A stretch of DNA of 64,000 nucleotides. Source: an uncultured delta proteobacterium. Lineage in GTDB: Bacteria > Desulfobacterota > Binatia > HRBIN30 > BPIQ01. The notes beneath the pieces were generated by a model. The model did no database searches. It was not told the DNA's origin and saw only the letters and a program-made list of their open reading frames with translations. A program made the translations under genes and the position numbers. The DNA lies in NCBI GenBank assembly GCA_963761335.1, contig CAVXGR010000018.1, positions 160,001 to 224,000 of the forward strand, in the 5' to 3' direction. This document shows positions 54,881 to 63,883 of this stretch, piece by piece; position 1 is the first letter of the stretch, and each line of letters opens with the position of its first letter.

Positions 54881-56243
54881 CGCCCGCGCCGAGGCGTGGA
54901 AGATTCTGCGCCGCGTGGACGAGACCGCGGCGTTCGCCGACGCGCTCATCGGCAGCCGCTTGCCGCACCTCCAGCTCGAGCGCCGCGACCGCGCCCTGCT
55001 GACGCAGCTGGTGTACGGAACCCTCGCCTGGCGCGGATTCCTCGACCTGGCCGTCGAGACCTTCGGGCGGCGCCGCGCCGCGTCGATCGAGGCGCCGGTG
55101 CGCTCGCTGCTCGAGATGTCGCTCTATCAGCTCTTCTTCCTCGACAAGATTCCGGCGTACGCCGCCGTGAGTCGCGCCGTCGAGCTGGCGAAGACGTACC
55201 GCGAGGGGCGGGCGGCACGGCTGGTGAACGCCATCCTGCGCCGCGCCGCGGCGGAGGGCATGGGTGCCGTACCACTGCCCGACCGCGAGACGGATCCGCT
55301 CGGGTATCTCGCGGCGCGCTACTCGCATCCGCGCTGGCTGGTGGAGCGCTGGGCGGCGCAGCTCGGTCTGCGGGAGACGGAGGCGCTGCTGCGCGCCGAC
55401 AACGAGGCGGCGCCGACCGTGCTCCGCGTCAACCGGCGGCGGCAGAGCCGGGAGCAGCAGCTGGCGGCGCTGCACGCCCAGGGAATCGAGGCCGTGGCCG
55501 GGGGACTGGCGCCCGAGGCGATCGCCGTCTCTGGGACCTCGGCCGCCGACCTCCCGGGATTCGCGGCGGGGGACTTCTCCCTGCAATCGGAGAGCTCGCA
55601 GCTGGTCGCCCTGCTGCTGGCGACCGCTCCGCGCCAGCGCGTGCTCGACGTCTGCGCCGGCGGCGGCGGCAAGGCGACCTATGTGGCGGAGCTCATGGAC
55701 GATCGCGGGCTGGTGCTGGCCCTGGACCGCCATCGCCGCGGCCTGGCGCGACTGCGCGGCGAGGCGCGGCGTCTGGGCCTCACCTGCATTCGTGCCGCGG
55801 TTGCGGACTCGACGCGCCTGCCGTTCGCAACCGGGGAGAGCTTCGATCGCGTGCTCGTCGATGCGCCCTGCACCGGCCTCGGCACGCTGCGGCAGCATCC
55901 AGAGATTCGCTGGCAGCGGCGCCCCGAGGACATCGAGTCGATCGGGCAGGTGCAGCGACGCCTGCTGGCCAGTGCCGCCGATCTCGTGCGGCCCGGCGGG
56001 ATGCTCGTGTACGCCACCTGTACGCTGATGCCCGCAGAGAACGAGGAGGTCGTCGATGCGGTGCTGGCGACTCGCGCGGATCTCGAGCGCGCCGATGCGC
56101 GCGACAGTCTGCCGTTGCCGCTGCACGAGCTGGTTGATGGTTCGGGGGCGATGCGGGTCATGCCGCATCGACACGGCAGCGACGGCTTCTACGCCGCGGC
56201 ATTGAAGCGCCGCCGAGCCGCGGTTATGGTGAACGCCTCATGA
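54870..56243 (+). CDS. rsmB: 16S rRNA m5C967 methyltransferase
   Basis: NusB-like N-terminus, YSHPRWL, DVCAGGGGK, DAPCTGLG, YATCT..PAENE. Confidence 0.93.
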   Translation: MPTDARAEAWKILRRVDETAAFADALIGSRLPHLQLERRDRALLTQLVYGTLAWRGFLDLAVETFGRRRAASIEAPVRSLLEMSLYQLFFLDKIPAYAAVSRAVELAKTYREGRAARLVNAILRRAAAEGMGAVPLPDRETDPLGYLAARYSHPRWLVERWAAQLGLRETEALLRADNEAAPTVLRVNRRRQSREQQLAALHAQGIEAVAGGLAPEAIAVSGTSAADLPGFAAGDFSLQSESSQLVALLLATAPRQRVLDVCAGGGGKATYVAELMDDRGLVLALDRHRRGLARLRGEARRLGLTCIRAAVADSTRLPFATGESFDRVLVDAPCTGLGTLRQHPEIRWQRRPEDIESIGQVQRRLLASAADLVRPGGMLVYATCTLMPAENEEVVDAVLATRADLERADARDSLPLPLHELVDGSGAMRVMPHRHGSDGFYAAALKRRRAAVMVNAS

Positions 56244-56923
56244 CCTCCGGAAAGATTGCGCCGTCGATCCTCTCCGCCGACTTCGGGCGGCTTGCCGAAG
56301 AGGTGTGCGCCGTCGAGGAGGCCGGAGCCGATCTGATCCACGTCGACGTCATGGACGGCCATTTCGTTCCGAACCTGACCATCGGGCCGATGGTGGTCAA
56401 GGCGGTGCGGCGTGCCACCTCCCTGCCGCTCGACGTGCATCTGATGATCGAGACGCCGGAGCGTTACGTCGAGGCCTTTGCCGACGCCGGCGCCAACTAT
56501 ATCTCGGTTCATCAGGAAGCCTGCCGTCACCTCCACCGCGTGCTGCAGCAGATCGAGGGCGCCGGCGCGGTTCCCGCCGTGGTCATCAACCCCGCCACCC
56601 CGGTGTGCTTCGTCGAGCCGATTCTCGGCGACATCGGCATGTTGCTGGTGATGAGCGTGAACCCCGGCTTCGGCGGCCAGTCCTTCATCGCCTCGGCGCT
56701 GGAGAAGCTCTCGGCGGCGCGCGAGCTGCGGCGGCGGCACGGCTGGGAATACCTGATCGAGGTGGATGGCGGCGTCAAGGTCGACAACGCGCGCCAGGTC
56801 GGCGCCGCCGGCGCCGACGTGGTGGTGAGCGGCAGCGGCATCTTCGGCACGCCCAGCTACCGCGACACCATTGCCGCCATGCGCGCCGAGCTCGACGGCG
56901 GCTTGGCGAGCGCCGAAGGGTAG
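56240..56923 (+). CDS. rpe: Ribulose-phosphate 3-epimerase
   Basis: APSILSADF, HVDVMDGHFVPN, MSVNPGFGGQ, EVDGG. Confidence 0.98.
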   Translation: MTSGKIAPSILSADFGRLAEEVCAVEEAGADLIHVDVMDGHFVPNLTIGPMVVKAVRRATSLPLDVHLMIETPERYVEAFADAGANYISVHQEACRHLHRVLQQIEGAGAVPAVVINPATPVCFVEPILGDIGMLLVMSVNPGFGGQSFIASALEKLSAARELRRRHGWEYLIEVDGGVKVDNARQVGAAGADVVVSGSGIFGTPSYRDTIAAMRAELDGGLASAEG

Positions 56924-56978
56924 CACCAGCGGCGCGGCGGGGCGCCTCGCCCTCCCTCACCTCGCCTTCGCGAGGTCA

Positions 56979-57372
56979 GTAGTGGTGGATCTTGAGATCA
57001 ACCGCGCGTTTCGCCCTAACTCGGGCTGGGGGATCGCGCCGCGAAGCGGCGCAGGCATGTAGCCCCGGGTCGGAGACCCGGGGATCCCGGGTCCGCCTTC
57101 CCCGATGCGCCCCGCCAGGGGCGCAGGCGTGCAACCCCGGGTGCAGAGGGCTGTCTCAAAACGCGCCCGCGCCCCTGGCGGGGCGCTAACGGACGTCAAC
57201 TTCGGGATCCCCGGGTCTCCGACCCGGGGCTACACGCCTGCACCCCTCCGGGGCGAATGATCTCCGAGCTCCCGGCCACGGATGCAACCGGGGGAAGTCG
57301 GGTTCAACTCAACGAAGCGGGGGTTGTGGTGAATCGAGGTTGACCGCGTTTCATTTCAAAATCCCCCACTAC
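56979..57372. mobile_element. MITE-like element with 20-bp imperfect terminal inverted repeats enclosing a REP doublet
   Basis: GTAGTGGTGGATCTTGAGAT vs reverse complement of ATTTCAAAATCCCCCACTAC (17/20). Confidence 0.5.
57036..57256. repeat. GTAG-type REP doublet (REPIN-like)
   Basis: Perfect 31-bp inverted repeat at 57059-57089 / 57203-57233 (GTAGCCCCGGGTCGGAGACCCGGGGATCCCG). Confidence 0.88.
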
Positions 57373-57466
57373 CGCGAGGTCCGACGAGTTGCAAAACTCT
57401 GCGTCTGTGGTAGGTACCGCTGTCTGGTCGGAATCGCCAGGATCAGTCCATACCAGTACAACGCAT

Positions 57467-57543
57467 CGGGGTGTAGCTCAGACTGGTAGAGCGCACGGTT
57501 CGGGACCGTGAAGTCGCTGGTTCAAATCCAGTCACCCCGACCA
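57467..57543 (+). tRNA. tRNA-Pro(CGG)
   Basis: CGGGGTGTAGCTCAGACTGGTAGAGCGCACGGTT-CGG-GACCGTGAAGTCGCTGGTTCAAATCCAGTCACCCCGACCA. Confidence 0.97.
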
Positions 57544-57561
57544 TTTTTTTGTCTGTTCTCG

Positions 57562-58272
57562 ATGAGATTCACTAGGTCAGCGGCATGGGTGGTGCTTCTC
57601 GTGGCAGCGCTGCTCGCGGTCCATGCGGCAGTCGCCGAGGCGAGGCCGGCGACCGTCGTCCGCGCCGCGCGCGTGCTTCTGCGCCGCGGTCCAGGGCAGG
57701 ACTATCAGGCCTTCGCCACCGTCCAGAACGGCGATCGCGTCGAGGTCGAGCAGCTCGAGGGGCATTGGGCCCTGGTCCATGCGGCAAGCGACACGAGCGG
57801 TTACATGTACGCGGATTATTTGGCGTATCTCGACGGCACGCCGGTGCTCGCGGCGTCCCCACCGCCGACCTCCGCGGCTGCCGCCGCGACTCCCGCGGCC
57901 GCCGCGGCGGTGCCGGTGGCGACCGCGGTGGGCACCCCGGCCCAGGGCCAGGACCCGACCGCGGAAGTGGAGCGCCTGCGCCGCGAGCTCGATGCCGCGC
58001 GTGCCGCCCCCGCGGCGGCGCCGTCCCCCGGTCAGGATCTCGTGGCGCTGCGCGCCGAGGTACGCCGCCTGGCCGACACCACTGACGCGCTGCGCAGCCG
58101 GCTCGACGTTCTCGGCAACGGCAACATGGCGATGCCGTTTGCCACCGGCGAGCACTGGTCGACGCCGACCGTGGTGATGATCGCTGTCATCAGCCTTCTG
58201 CTCGGATGGTTCGTGGGCGGCGCGTTCTCCCGGCGGGAGGAGCGCAACAAACGAACCCGCATCCGTTTCTAG
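57562..58272 (+). CDS. SH3b domain protein with coiled coil and C-terminal TM
   Basis: Signal peptide, LRRGPGQDY...GHWALV...GYMYADYL, C-terminal TM. Confidence 0.8.
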   Translation: MRFTRSAAWVVLLVAALLAVHAAVAEARPATVVRAARVLLRRGPGQDYQAFATVQNGDRVEVEQLEGHWALVHAASDTSGYMYADYLAYLDGTPVLAASPPPTSAAAAATPAAAAAVPVATAVGTPAQGQDPTAEVERLRRELDAARAAPAAAPSPGQDLVALRAEVRRLADTTDALRSRLDVLGNGNMAMPFATGEHWSTPTVVMIAVISLLLGWFVGGAFSRREERNKRTRIRF

Positions 58273-58847
58273 TGCCGGCAACCGTCGCCGGTGCGTATCT
58301 GCTCGGCTCGATCCCCAGCGGTCTCTGGCTGGCGCGCCGCGCCGGCGTCGATGTGCGCGCCTCGGGAAGCGGCAACATCGGCGCCACCAACGTGGTGCGC
58401 ACGGCGGGCTGGCGCGTCGGTCTGCTGACCCTGCTCGTCGACGTGTCCAAGGGTGCCGTTCCTCTCGCTTTCGCCCAGGCCGCGGGGCTGAGCGAAGGTG
58501 CCGTCTGTGCCGTCGGCGTGGCCGCGGTGGCCGGCCATCTCCTGCCCCTTTTCGGCGGCTTTCGCGGCGGCAAGGGTGTGGCGACGACGCTCGGCGTGTT
58601 GCTCTTTCTCGCTCCCGACATGGCGCTGGCCGCCGCCGCGATCTTCGCCGTGGTGGTGCGCTCGACGCGCATCGTCTCCACCGCCTCGGTCGCTGCCGCC
58701 GCCTCGCTGCCCTTTGGCCTGTACTTTCTCGGCTACTCGCGAACGGTGGTCGTCACCGGGCTCGTCCTTGGCTCGCTGATCGTCTGGCGCCACCGCGCCA
58801 ACATCGCTCGGCTGCGCGCCGGCACCGAGCCGAAGCTGCCGCACTAG
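58272..58847 (+). CDS. plsY: Glycerol-3-phosphate acyltransferase
   Basis: YLLGSIP, GSGNIGATN, FRGGKGVAT, HRANIARL..GTE. Confidence 0.95.
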   Translation: MPATVAGAYLLGSIPSGLWLARRAGVDVRASGSGNIGATNVVRTAGWRVGLLTLLVDVSKGAVPLAFAQAAGLSEGAVCAVGVAAVAGHLLPLFGGFRGGKGVATTLGVLLFLAPDMALAAAAIFAVVVRSTRIVSTASVAAAASLPFGLYFLGYSRTVVVTGLVLGSLIVWRHRANIARLRAGTEPKLPH

Positions 58848-58904
58848 CGACAACCCGACGACTGGCGATGGACGGCTGGCCCTCGGGTCGGATAGGAAGG
58901 CGAT

Positions 58905-59693
58905 ATGGCTGATCTGGAGAAAGAGCTCGAAACGGCGATTCGCGCCGCCACCTCGGCGGGCGAGATCATCCGCGGGTACTACCGAGACGGCGTCGAGGTG
59001 CGCCAAAAGGGGAAGGACAATCCGGTCACCGACGCTGACCTGGAAGCGAATCGACGCATCCACGATGTCCTCATGCAGGCCTTCCCCGCAGACGGCTGGC
59101 TGTCCGAAGAGACCGCGGACTCGCCGGAACGCCTCTCGCGCCCGCGTGTGTGGATCGTCGACCCTCTCGACGGCACCAAGGAATTCATTCAGGGGATCCC
59201 CGAGTTCTGCGTCTGCATCGCCCTCGCCGTCGATGGCGAGGCACGTCTCGGTGTCAGCTACAATCCCGTCCACGACGAGCTGTTCAGCGGTGTGGTGGGG
59301 CAGGGGGCGCAGCTGAACGGCGTTGCGGTCCGCGTCTCCGAAACTGCGGATCTGCATCAGGCGCGCGTCTTGGCCAGCCGCTCCGAGGACAAGCGCGGCG
59401 AGTGGGACGCCTACAAGAGTCGGCTCCAAGTCGTGTTGACCGGAAGCGTCGCCTACAAGCTGGCGCTGATCTCTGCCGGGCGCGGCGATGCCACCTTCAG
59501 CCTGACACCCAAGAACGAGTGGGATATCTGCGCCGGCGTGGCGCTGATCACGGCCGCCGGCGGTCGCGTCACCGACTCCAGCAGCGGCCCCCTGCGCTTC
59601 AACAAACCGAAGACGAAGCTGCCGGGGCTGATCGCCAGCAACGGACTGCTGCACGGGCCGATCGAGGATCTGCTGCGCGAGACCCGCAGCTGA
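58905..59693 (+). CDS. cysQ: CysQ-like inositol monophosphatase family protein
   Basis: PVTDAD, LSEE, WIVDPLDGTKEF, EWDICAG. Confidence 0.8.
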   Translation: MADLEKELETAIRAATSAGEIIRGYYRDGVEVRQKGKDNPVTDADLEANRRIHDVLMQAFPADGWLSEETADSPERLSRPRVWIVDPLDGTKEFIQGIPEFCVCIALAVDGEARLGVSYNPVHDELFSGVVGQGAQLNGVAVRVSETADLHQARVLASRSEDKRGEWDAYKSRLQVVLTGSVAYKLALISAGRGDATFSLTPKNEWDICAGVALITAAGGRVTDSSSGPLRFNKPKTKLPGLIASNGLLHGPIEDLLRETRS

Positions 59694-59721
59694 GCGGAGA
59701 ACGACAGAAGGAGCCGGAGAC

Positions 59722-60567
59722 CTACCGCCGCGGCGCGATGTTGACGCCGTTCTCGCCGAAGCCTGCGAGCTCGAGGGCGCGCGTCTGGCCGCCGGAGGCC
59801 ATGAAGGCCGCCATCCTCTGGCGGGCTTCGGGGGTGGCAACCGACTGGTTGAAGCAGTGCGCCTCCTCGAGCAGCCCCTCGGCGATGGGCAGCTCGGCGG
59901 CATTCACCGCCGCCTTGGCGAGAGCGATGGCGGCGGCGGGGAAGGAGGCGATGCGGTACGCCAGCCGCTCCACGAAAGGAGTGAGCTCCTCCGGCGGCAG
60001 GGCCCGGTTGATGTATCCGTATCGCTCCGCCAGCTCGGCGGAGAAGTCCTCCGCGCCGAGGATCACCTCGAGGGCGCGTCCTCGACCGATCAGACGCGGC
60101 AGTCGCTGTGTGCCGCTGCCGCCGGGGATGATGCCGACCGACACCTCCGGTTGGCCCAGGATGGCGCGACCGATGGCGCCGAAGCGCATGTCGAGCGACA
60201 GCAGCAGCTCGCTGCCGCCGCCGCGGGCGCGGCCTTCGATCTTGCCGATCGTCGCCTTGGGCATGGTGCGGAAGCGCTCGACCATGCGGTGGAACCAACC
60301 CAGCTCGGTTGCCTTGGGCGGCGCCTCCGCGGGCAGTTGCTGAATCAGCGTCACGTCGGCGTGGGCGATGAAGAAATCCGGATCGGCGCTCTGCAAGACG
60401 AGCACGCGCGCGTCGCCGTCTGCTTCGACCTCCTGCCCGAGGCGATCGAGCTCCTGGATCAACAGCAGATCGAGCAGGTTGATGGGGGGATGGTCGATGG
60501 TTGCGAAGGCGACGCCGCGGTCGACGTGAACCTCGAGAGCGGTGTACCCCGCATACGTTGACGCCAT
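59722..60567 (-). CDS. Enoyl-CoA hydratase/isomerase
   Basis: FFIAHAD, GRARGGGSE, GQPEV.VGIIPG. Confidence 0.9.
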   Translation of the reverse strand: MASTYAGYTALEVHVDRGVAFATIDHPPINLLDLLLIQELDRLGQEVEADGDARVLVLQSADPDFFIAHADVTLIQQLPAEAPPKATELGWFHRMVERFRTMPKATIGKIEGRARGGGSELLLSLDMRFGAIGRAILGQPEVSVGIIPGGSGTQRLPRLIGRGRALEVILGAEDFSAELAERYGYINRALPPEELTPFVERLAYRIASFPAAAIALAKAAVNAAELPIAEGLLEEAHCFNQSVATPEARQRMAAFMASGGQTRALELAGFGENGVNIAPRR

Positions 60568-60611
60568 GGGCGATTCTCCTTTCGAGCCGCCTCCAAGCTC
60601 TCTGCGGCGCC

Positions 60612-60707
60612 TTACTTGATGCCGACGAGCATCGAATCGGGGCCGGCCAGGTGGGCGAAATGCTTCTCGACCGTGGCGAGGTTCTCGGCGGCGCGCTCAT
60701 CCGTCAT
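60612..60707 (-). CDS. Short ORF (31 aa), possible gene remnant
   Basis: MTDERAAENLATVEKHFAHLAGPDSMLVGIK with strong SD GGAGGT 8 nt upstream. Confidence 0.35.
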   Translation of the reverse strand: MTDERAAENLATVEKHFAHLAGPDSMLVGIK

Positions 60708-60801
60708 GTGGTTTGACCTCCGGCGGCGGAACGCTAGCACGGGAATCGAAGGCGTTCCACGTTTCCGCGGCGCCGGAACGCGCCTCGGGGGCCGCGTGTG
60801 A

Positions 60802-61194
60802 CTACGGCGTGATCTGCAGGCCGAAGAAGATCTGGGCTGCGGCCAGCAGCAGCGCGGCGGCGCCGAACCACGGATGCAGGGCGCGCATCTCCGGGCGTTG
60901 CATTCGGCGGGCTGTCAACGCCCCGCCGGAGAGCGCCAGCACGAGGGCGATGCCGATGCGCAGATGGGCGCTGGCGCCGAGCTCGAGGTTGGGCCGCAAC
61001 AGCCAGGTCGACAGCAGCCCGCCCCCCCAGGTGATCACCACCAGCCAATACATTACCGGCGCCAGGCGCGCATGCCGGCGGAGATGATCGGCGGCGTGGC
61101 GCCGATCGCTGCGCGAGCGCAGCCCGAGCGAGCCGACGTAGCCGAGCAGGCCGAGGACCGCGCCGGCGGTCAGTGGATGAACGTAGGCGAGCAT
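60802..61194 (-). CDS. Small membrane protein (DUF4079-like)
   Basis: Starts MLAYVHPL; 4 hydrophobic segments with spaced His residues. Confidence 0.7.
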   Translation of the reverse strand: MLAYVHPLTAGAVLGLLGYVGSLGLRSRSDRRHAADHLRRHARLAPVMYWLVVITWGGGLLSTWLLRPNLELGASAHLRIGIALVLALSGGALTARRMQRPEMRALHPWFGAAALLLAAAQIFFGLQITP

Positions 61195-61377
61195 CAATGG
61201 GCGAGACTCTCCGGCGATCCTTAGTAGCCGCGGTGCTCTCCGGAGGGAAGGGTCGCCCGCTGGGAGCGCGGCCGTCCCGGCCGCCTCGCCCGTTCGGCTT
61301 TTCTCGCGGTTCGAGCTACAAGAGCGATCCTGTCGCGTCCTGCCGGTACACGGAGAGAGCGCAGAGAGGAGCGGAAG

Positions 61378-62037
61378 ATGTCGATTCGCGTCGTGTGTGT
61401 GTCGCGTACAATGGCTGCGGGCGGCGAGATGGTCGGGCAGCTGCTGGCGCAGCGGCTCGGCTTTCGCTACGTCGACGAGCAGATCATCGAGAGGGCGGCG
61501 CGTTTGGCGCAGGTGGACCCGGCGCTGGTGGCGGCTGCCGAGAACCGCCAACCTTTCTTGCGCCGTATCTTCGACAAGCTGGCCATGGCGTACGACCTGG
61601 CTGGGCCGGCGAGCATTGCCACCGGCCTGCCGGTCGACGCCTTCCTCGCCGACCCCGGTGCCTACCGCGCCTCTGCCGACGAGCTGCGCGTGATGATCCG
61701 CGCCGCCATCGTCGAGGTGGCGGAGTCGGGCGACGCCGTGATCGTCGCGCACGCCGCCTCCATGGCGTTGGCGGGAGTCGATGGCGTGCTGCGGGTGCTG
61801 ATCACGGCCTCTCCCGAGACCCGCGCCCGCCGTCTCGCCGAGGGCGAGAAGATCTCCGAGAAGGACGCGGTTGCAGCGGTTGCCCGCTCGGATCGCGAGA
61901 GGCGGGACTACTTCGAGCGCTTCTATCAGATTCGCGACGAGCTGCCGACGCGCTACGACCTGGTGATCAATACCGACGCGCTGGTGCCGGACGCCGCAGC
62001 GGAGGTCATTTCCATAGCCGCGCGCGCCAGCGGCTGA
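61378..62037 (+). CDS. Cytidylate kinase-like family protein
   Basis: VSRTMAAGG..VG..LAQRLGF.YVD, SDRERRDY, YDLVINT. Confidence 0.88.
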   Translation: MSIRVVCVSRTMAAGGEMVGQLLAQRLGFRYVDEQIIERAARLAQVDPALVAAAENRQPFLRRIFDKLAMAYDLAGPASIATGLPVDAFLADPGAYRASADELRVMIRAAIVEVAESGDAVIVAHAASMALAGVDGVLRVLITASPETRARRLAEGEKISEKDAVAAVARSDRERRDYFERFYQIRDELPTRYDLVINTDALVPDAAAEVISIAARASG

Positions 62038-62084
62038 TCGCCGGCGACGGGAACGCCCGGGCGCGAGCTGACGGATGCTCCCCG

Positions 62085-63218
62085 TCAGGAAGCCGGCGGC
62101 AGATTGGGCTCGATCTCGACGGTGCGGGCGCCCACCATGTTCATGCGTGTGCGGCGGATGGTGGCGGGCTCGACGACGCGCCCATCGGCGTAACGGAAGC
62201 GCAGCGCGTCGGAGGGGCACTGGACGATGCAGGCGCCGCACTGGATGCAGTCGTCGGGATGGACGATGGCGACCTTGCGCTGCGCCCCGTTCATCCGCAA
62301 CACGTCGCGCGGGCAGACCTGCACGCAGTCGGCGGCCCCGGTGCAGCGATCGGTGACCAGCTCGATACGGGCCGGGTTGCGGTAGGTGTTGATATAGCTG
62401 CCGTACCACGGAGTCGTCCCGGCGAGATCGACGGAAAGGATGCCCACGGCGATCACGGCGCCGAGCCCGACGAGCAGGTACTGCACCGGCGTGGCGGCGG
62501 TCAGGGCCGCCAGCACGCCGCTGCCGGCGGCCAAGCCGAGCACGGCCGCACCGGCGAAGGTCGCCCAGCGGGCCGATCCCGTGACTCTCAGCCAGGGTAG
62601 GGCGGCGAAGATGCCGCAGACCATCAGCGGCACCATGACGGCGTCGGCGACGCCGACGGCTTTGCCGCCGAAGAGGGCGAACAGGGGCGCGCCGATGAGA
62701 GTCATGGGAATCGCCCACACCGCCGCCATCTCCAACCGCTCCCAGAGAGGGAAGCGCATCTTGCGCTCGCGCTTGCGCACGCCGCCGCGGCGCTGCACGT
62801 AGTCGCGCAGGTCCTCGAGGCGCGCCGGTCCCCAGACGGCGTCCCACCCGGTCGCCTCGGCGACCTTGCGGCGCTCGATGCCGGTGGCGCCGAGCTGGGG
62901 GAGGACCAGCTTGCGGTGGTCGACGAGCTCGGCGATGCCGGAGGTGCGGATCACGGCGATCACGTCGTGATGCGTGAGATGGCCGCCGCCGGCGGCACAC
63001 CAGACGTTGATGCCGCGGCTGTTGGCGACCAGCAGCCAGACGTTCTCCCCCGCCAGGGCCTCGGTGATGCGGCGCACGGTGAGCGTATAGTTGCCGGTCA
63101 CCAGCACCGGCGCGTCGCGGCCGGGATTGCCGATGCGCCGCAGCCCGGTCGGAGCGCGGTGCGGGAACATGCGGAAGATCGTATCGAAGACGTATGCGGG
63201 CACGGCGCTGGCTCTCAT
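62085..63218 (-). CDS. HgcAB-like fusion: corrinoid-binding domain, TM helices and ferredoxin
   Basis: IGNPG..APVLVTGNY.LT, GINVWCAAGGG, LPQLGATG, WGP; ~4 TM helices; CTGAADCVQVCP and CIQCGACIVQCP; starts MRASAVP. Confidence 0.9.
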   Translation of the reverse strand: MRASAVPAYVFDTIFRMFPHRAPTGLRRIGNPGRDAPVLVTGNYTLTVRRITEALAGENVWLLVANSRGINVWCAAGGGHLTHHDVIAVIRTSGIAELVDHRKLVLPQLGATGIERRKVAEATGWDAVWGPARLEDLRDYVQRRGGVRKRERKMRFPLWERLEMAAVWAIPMTLIGAPLFALFGGKAVGVADAVMVPLMVCGIFAALPWLRVTGSARWATFAGAAVLGLAAGSGVLAALTAATPVQYLLVGLGAVIAVGILSVDLAGTTPWYGSYINTYRNPARIELVTDRCTGAADCVQVCPRDVLRMNGAQRKVAIVHPDDCIQCGACIVQCPSDALRFRYADGRVVEPATIRRTRMNMVGARTVEIEPNLPPAS

Positions 63219-63883
63219 GAAGGCACCTCCTTCCGCTTGCGGGCGGAGACGATGGCGAACGCCCCCGAGGGGAGCCGGCTCTCCTCCACCTCGGTGAAGC
63301 CCGCCTGGCGCACGCGGGCGGCGAGCTGGCGCACGGGGTGCGTCGTCGTCTGCGTCAGCGCGTAGGTGGCGAGCGCCATCGGCCAGCGCCAGAGGCGGTG
63401 CCGCAGCCGGGCGGCGGCGGTGGGCGGCAGCACCTCGTCGGCGATGATCAGCGTGCCGCCGGGCCGGAGACGCGAGAGGGCGATGCGGAGCACGTAGGAC
63501 TGCTCGTCCGCCCCGAGCTCGCTGAAGGCGAGACAGGAGACGATGGCGTCGAAGGTCGCCTCGGCGAAGCGGTCCTCGATCTCCGCGGCCCCCAGCTCCA
63601 CCCACTCGACGCTGCCGTTCGCGGGGCGCGGCTTGGCGCGCGCCACCTCCAGCATTCCGGCGTTGATGTCGATGCCGACCACGTTTGCGCCGCGCGCCGC
63701 GCAGGCGAGGGAGAGATTGCCGGTGCCGCAGCCGATGTCGAGAAGGCGCGCGCCCGGAGCCGCCGCCCGGCGCGCCACCCGTTGGTAGATCTCCTCGATG
63801 TGGCCGCCCGAGAGCATGCGAATCCCCCGGTCGTAGCGCTGCGGTGCCGACTCGAGGATCTTCATGAAGACGTAACTGCTCAT
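63215..63883 (-). CDS. Class I SAM-dependent methyltransferase (corrinoid protein-associated, CpaM-like)
   Basis: MSSYVFMKILESAPQRYDRGI, LLDIGCGTG, GIDI, LRPGG; ATGA overlap with the hgcAB-like gene. Confidence 0.88.
   Translation of the reverse strand: MSSYVFMKILESAPQRYDRGIRMLSGGHIEEIYQRVARRAAAPGARLLDIGCGTGNLSLACAARGANVVGIDINAGMLEVARAKPRPANGSVEWVELGAAEIEDRFAEATFDAIVSCLAFSELGADEQSYVLRIALSRLRPGGTLIIADEVLPPTAAARLRHRLWRWPMALATYALTQTTTHPVRQLAARVRQAGFTEVEESRLPSGAFAIVSARKRKEVPS

Noticed and set aside
62085..63218. Calling the organism a mercury methylator (true hgcA/hgcB)
   Set aside because: Fused architecture, GGG instead of GK, and no C-terminal Cys pair; activity is unsupported.
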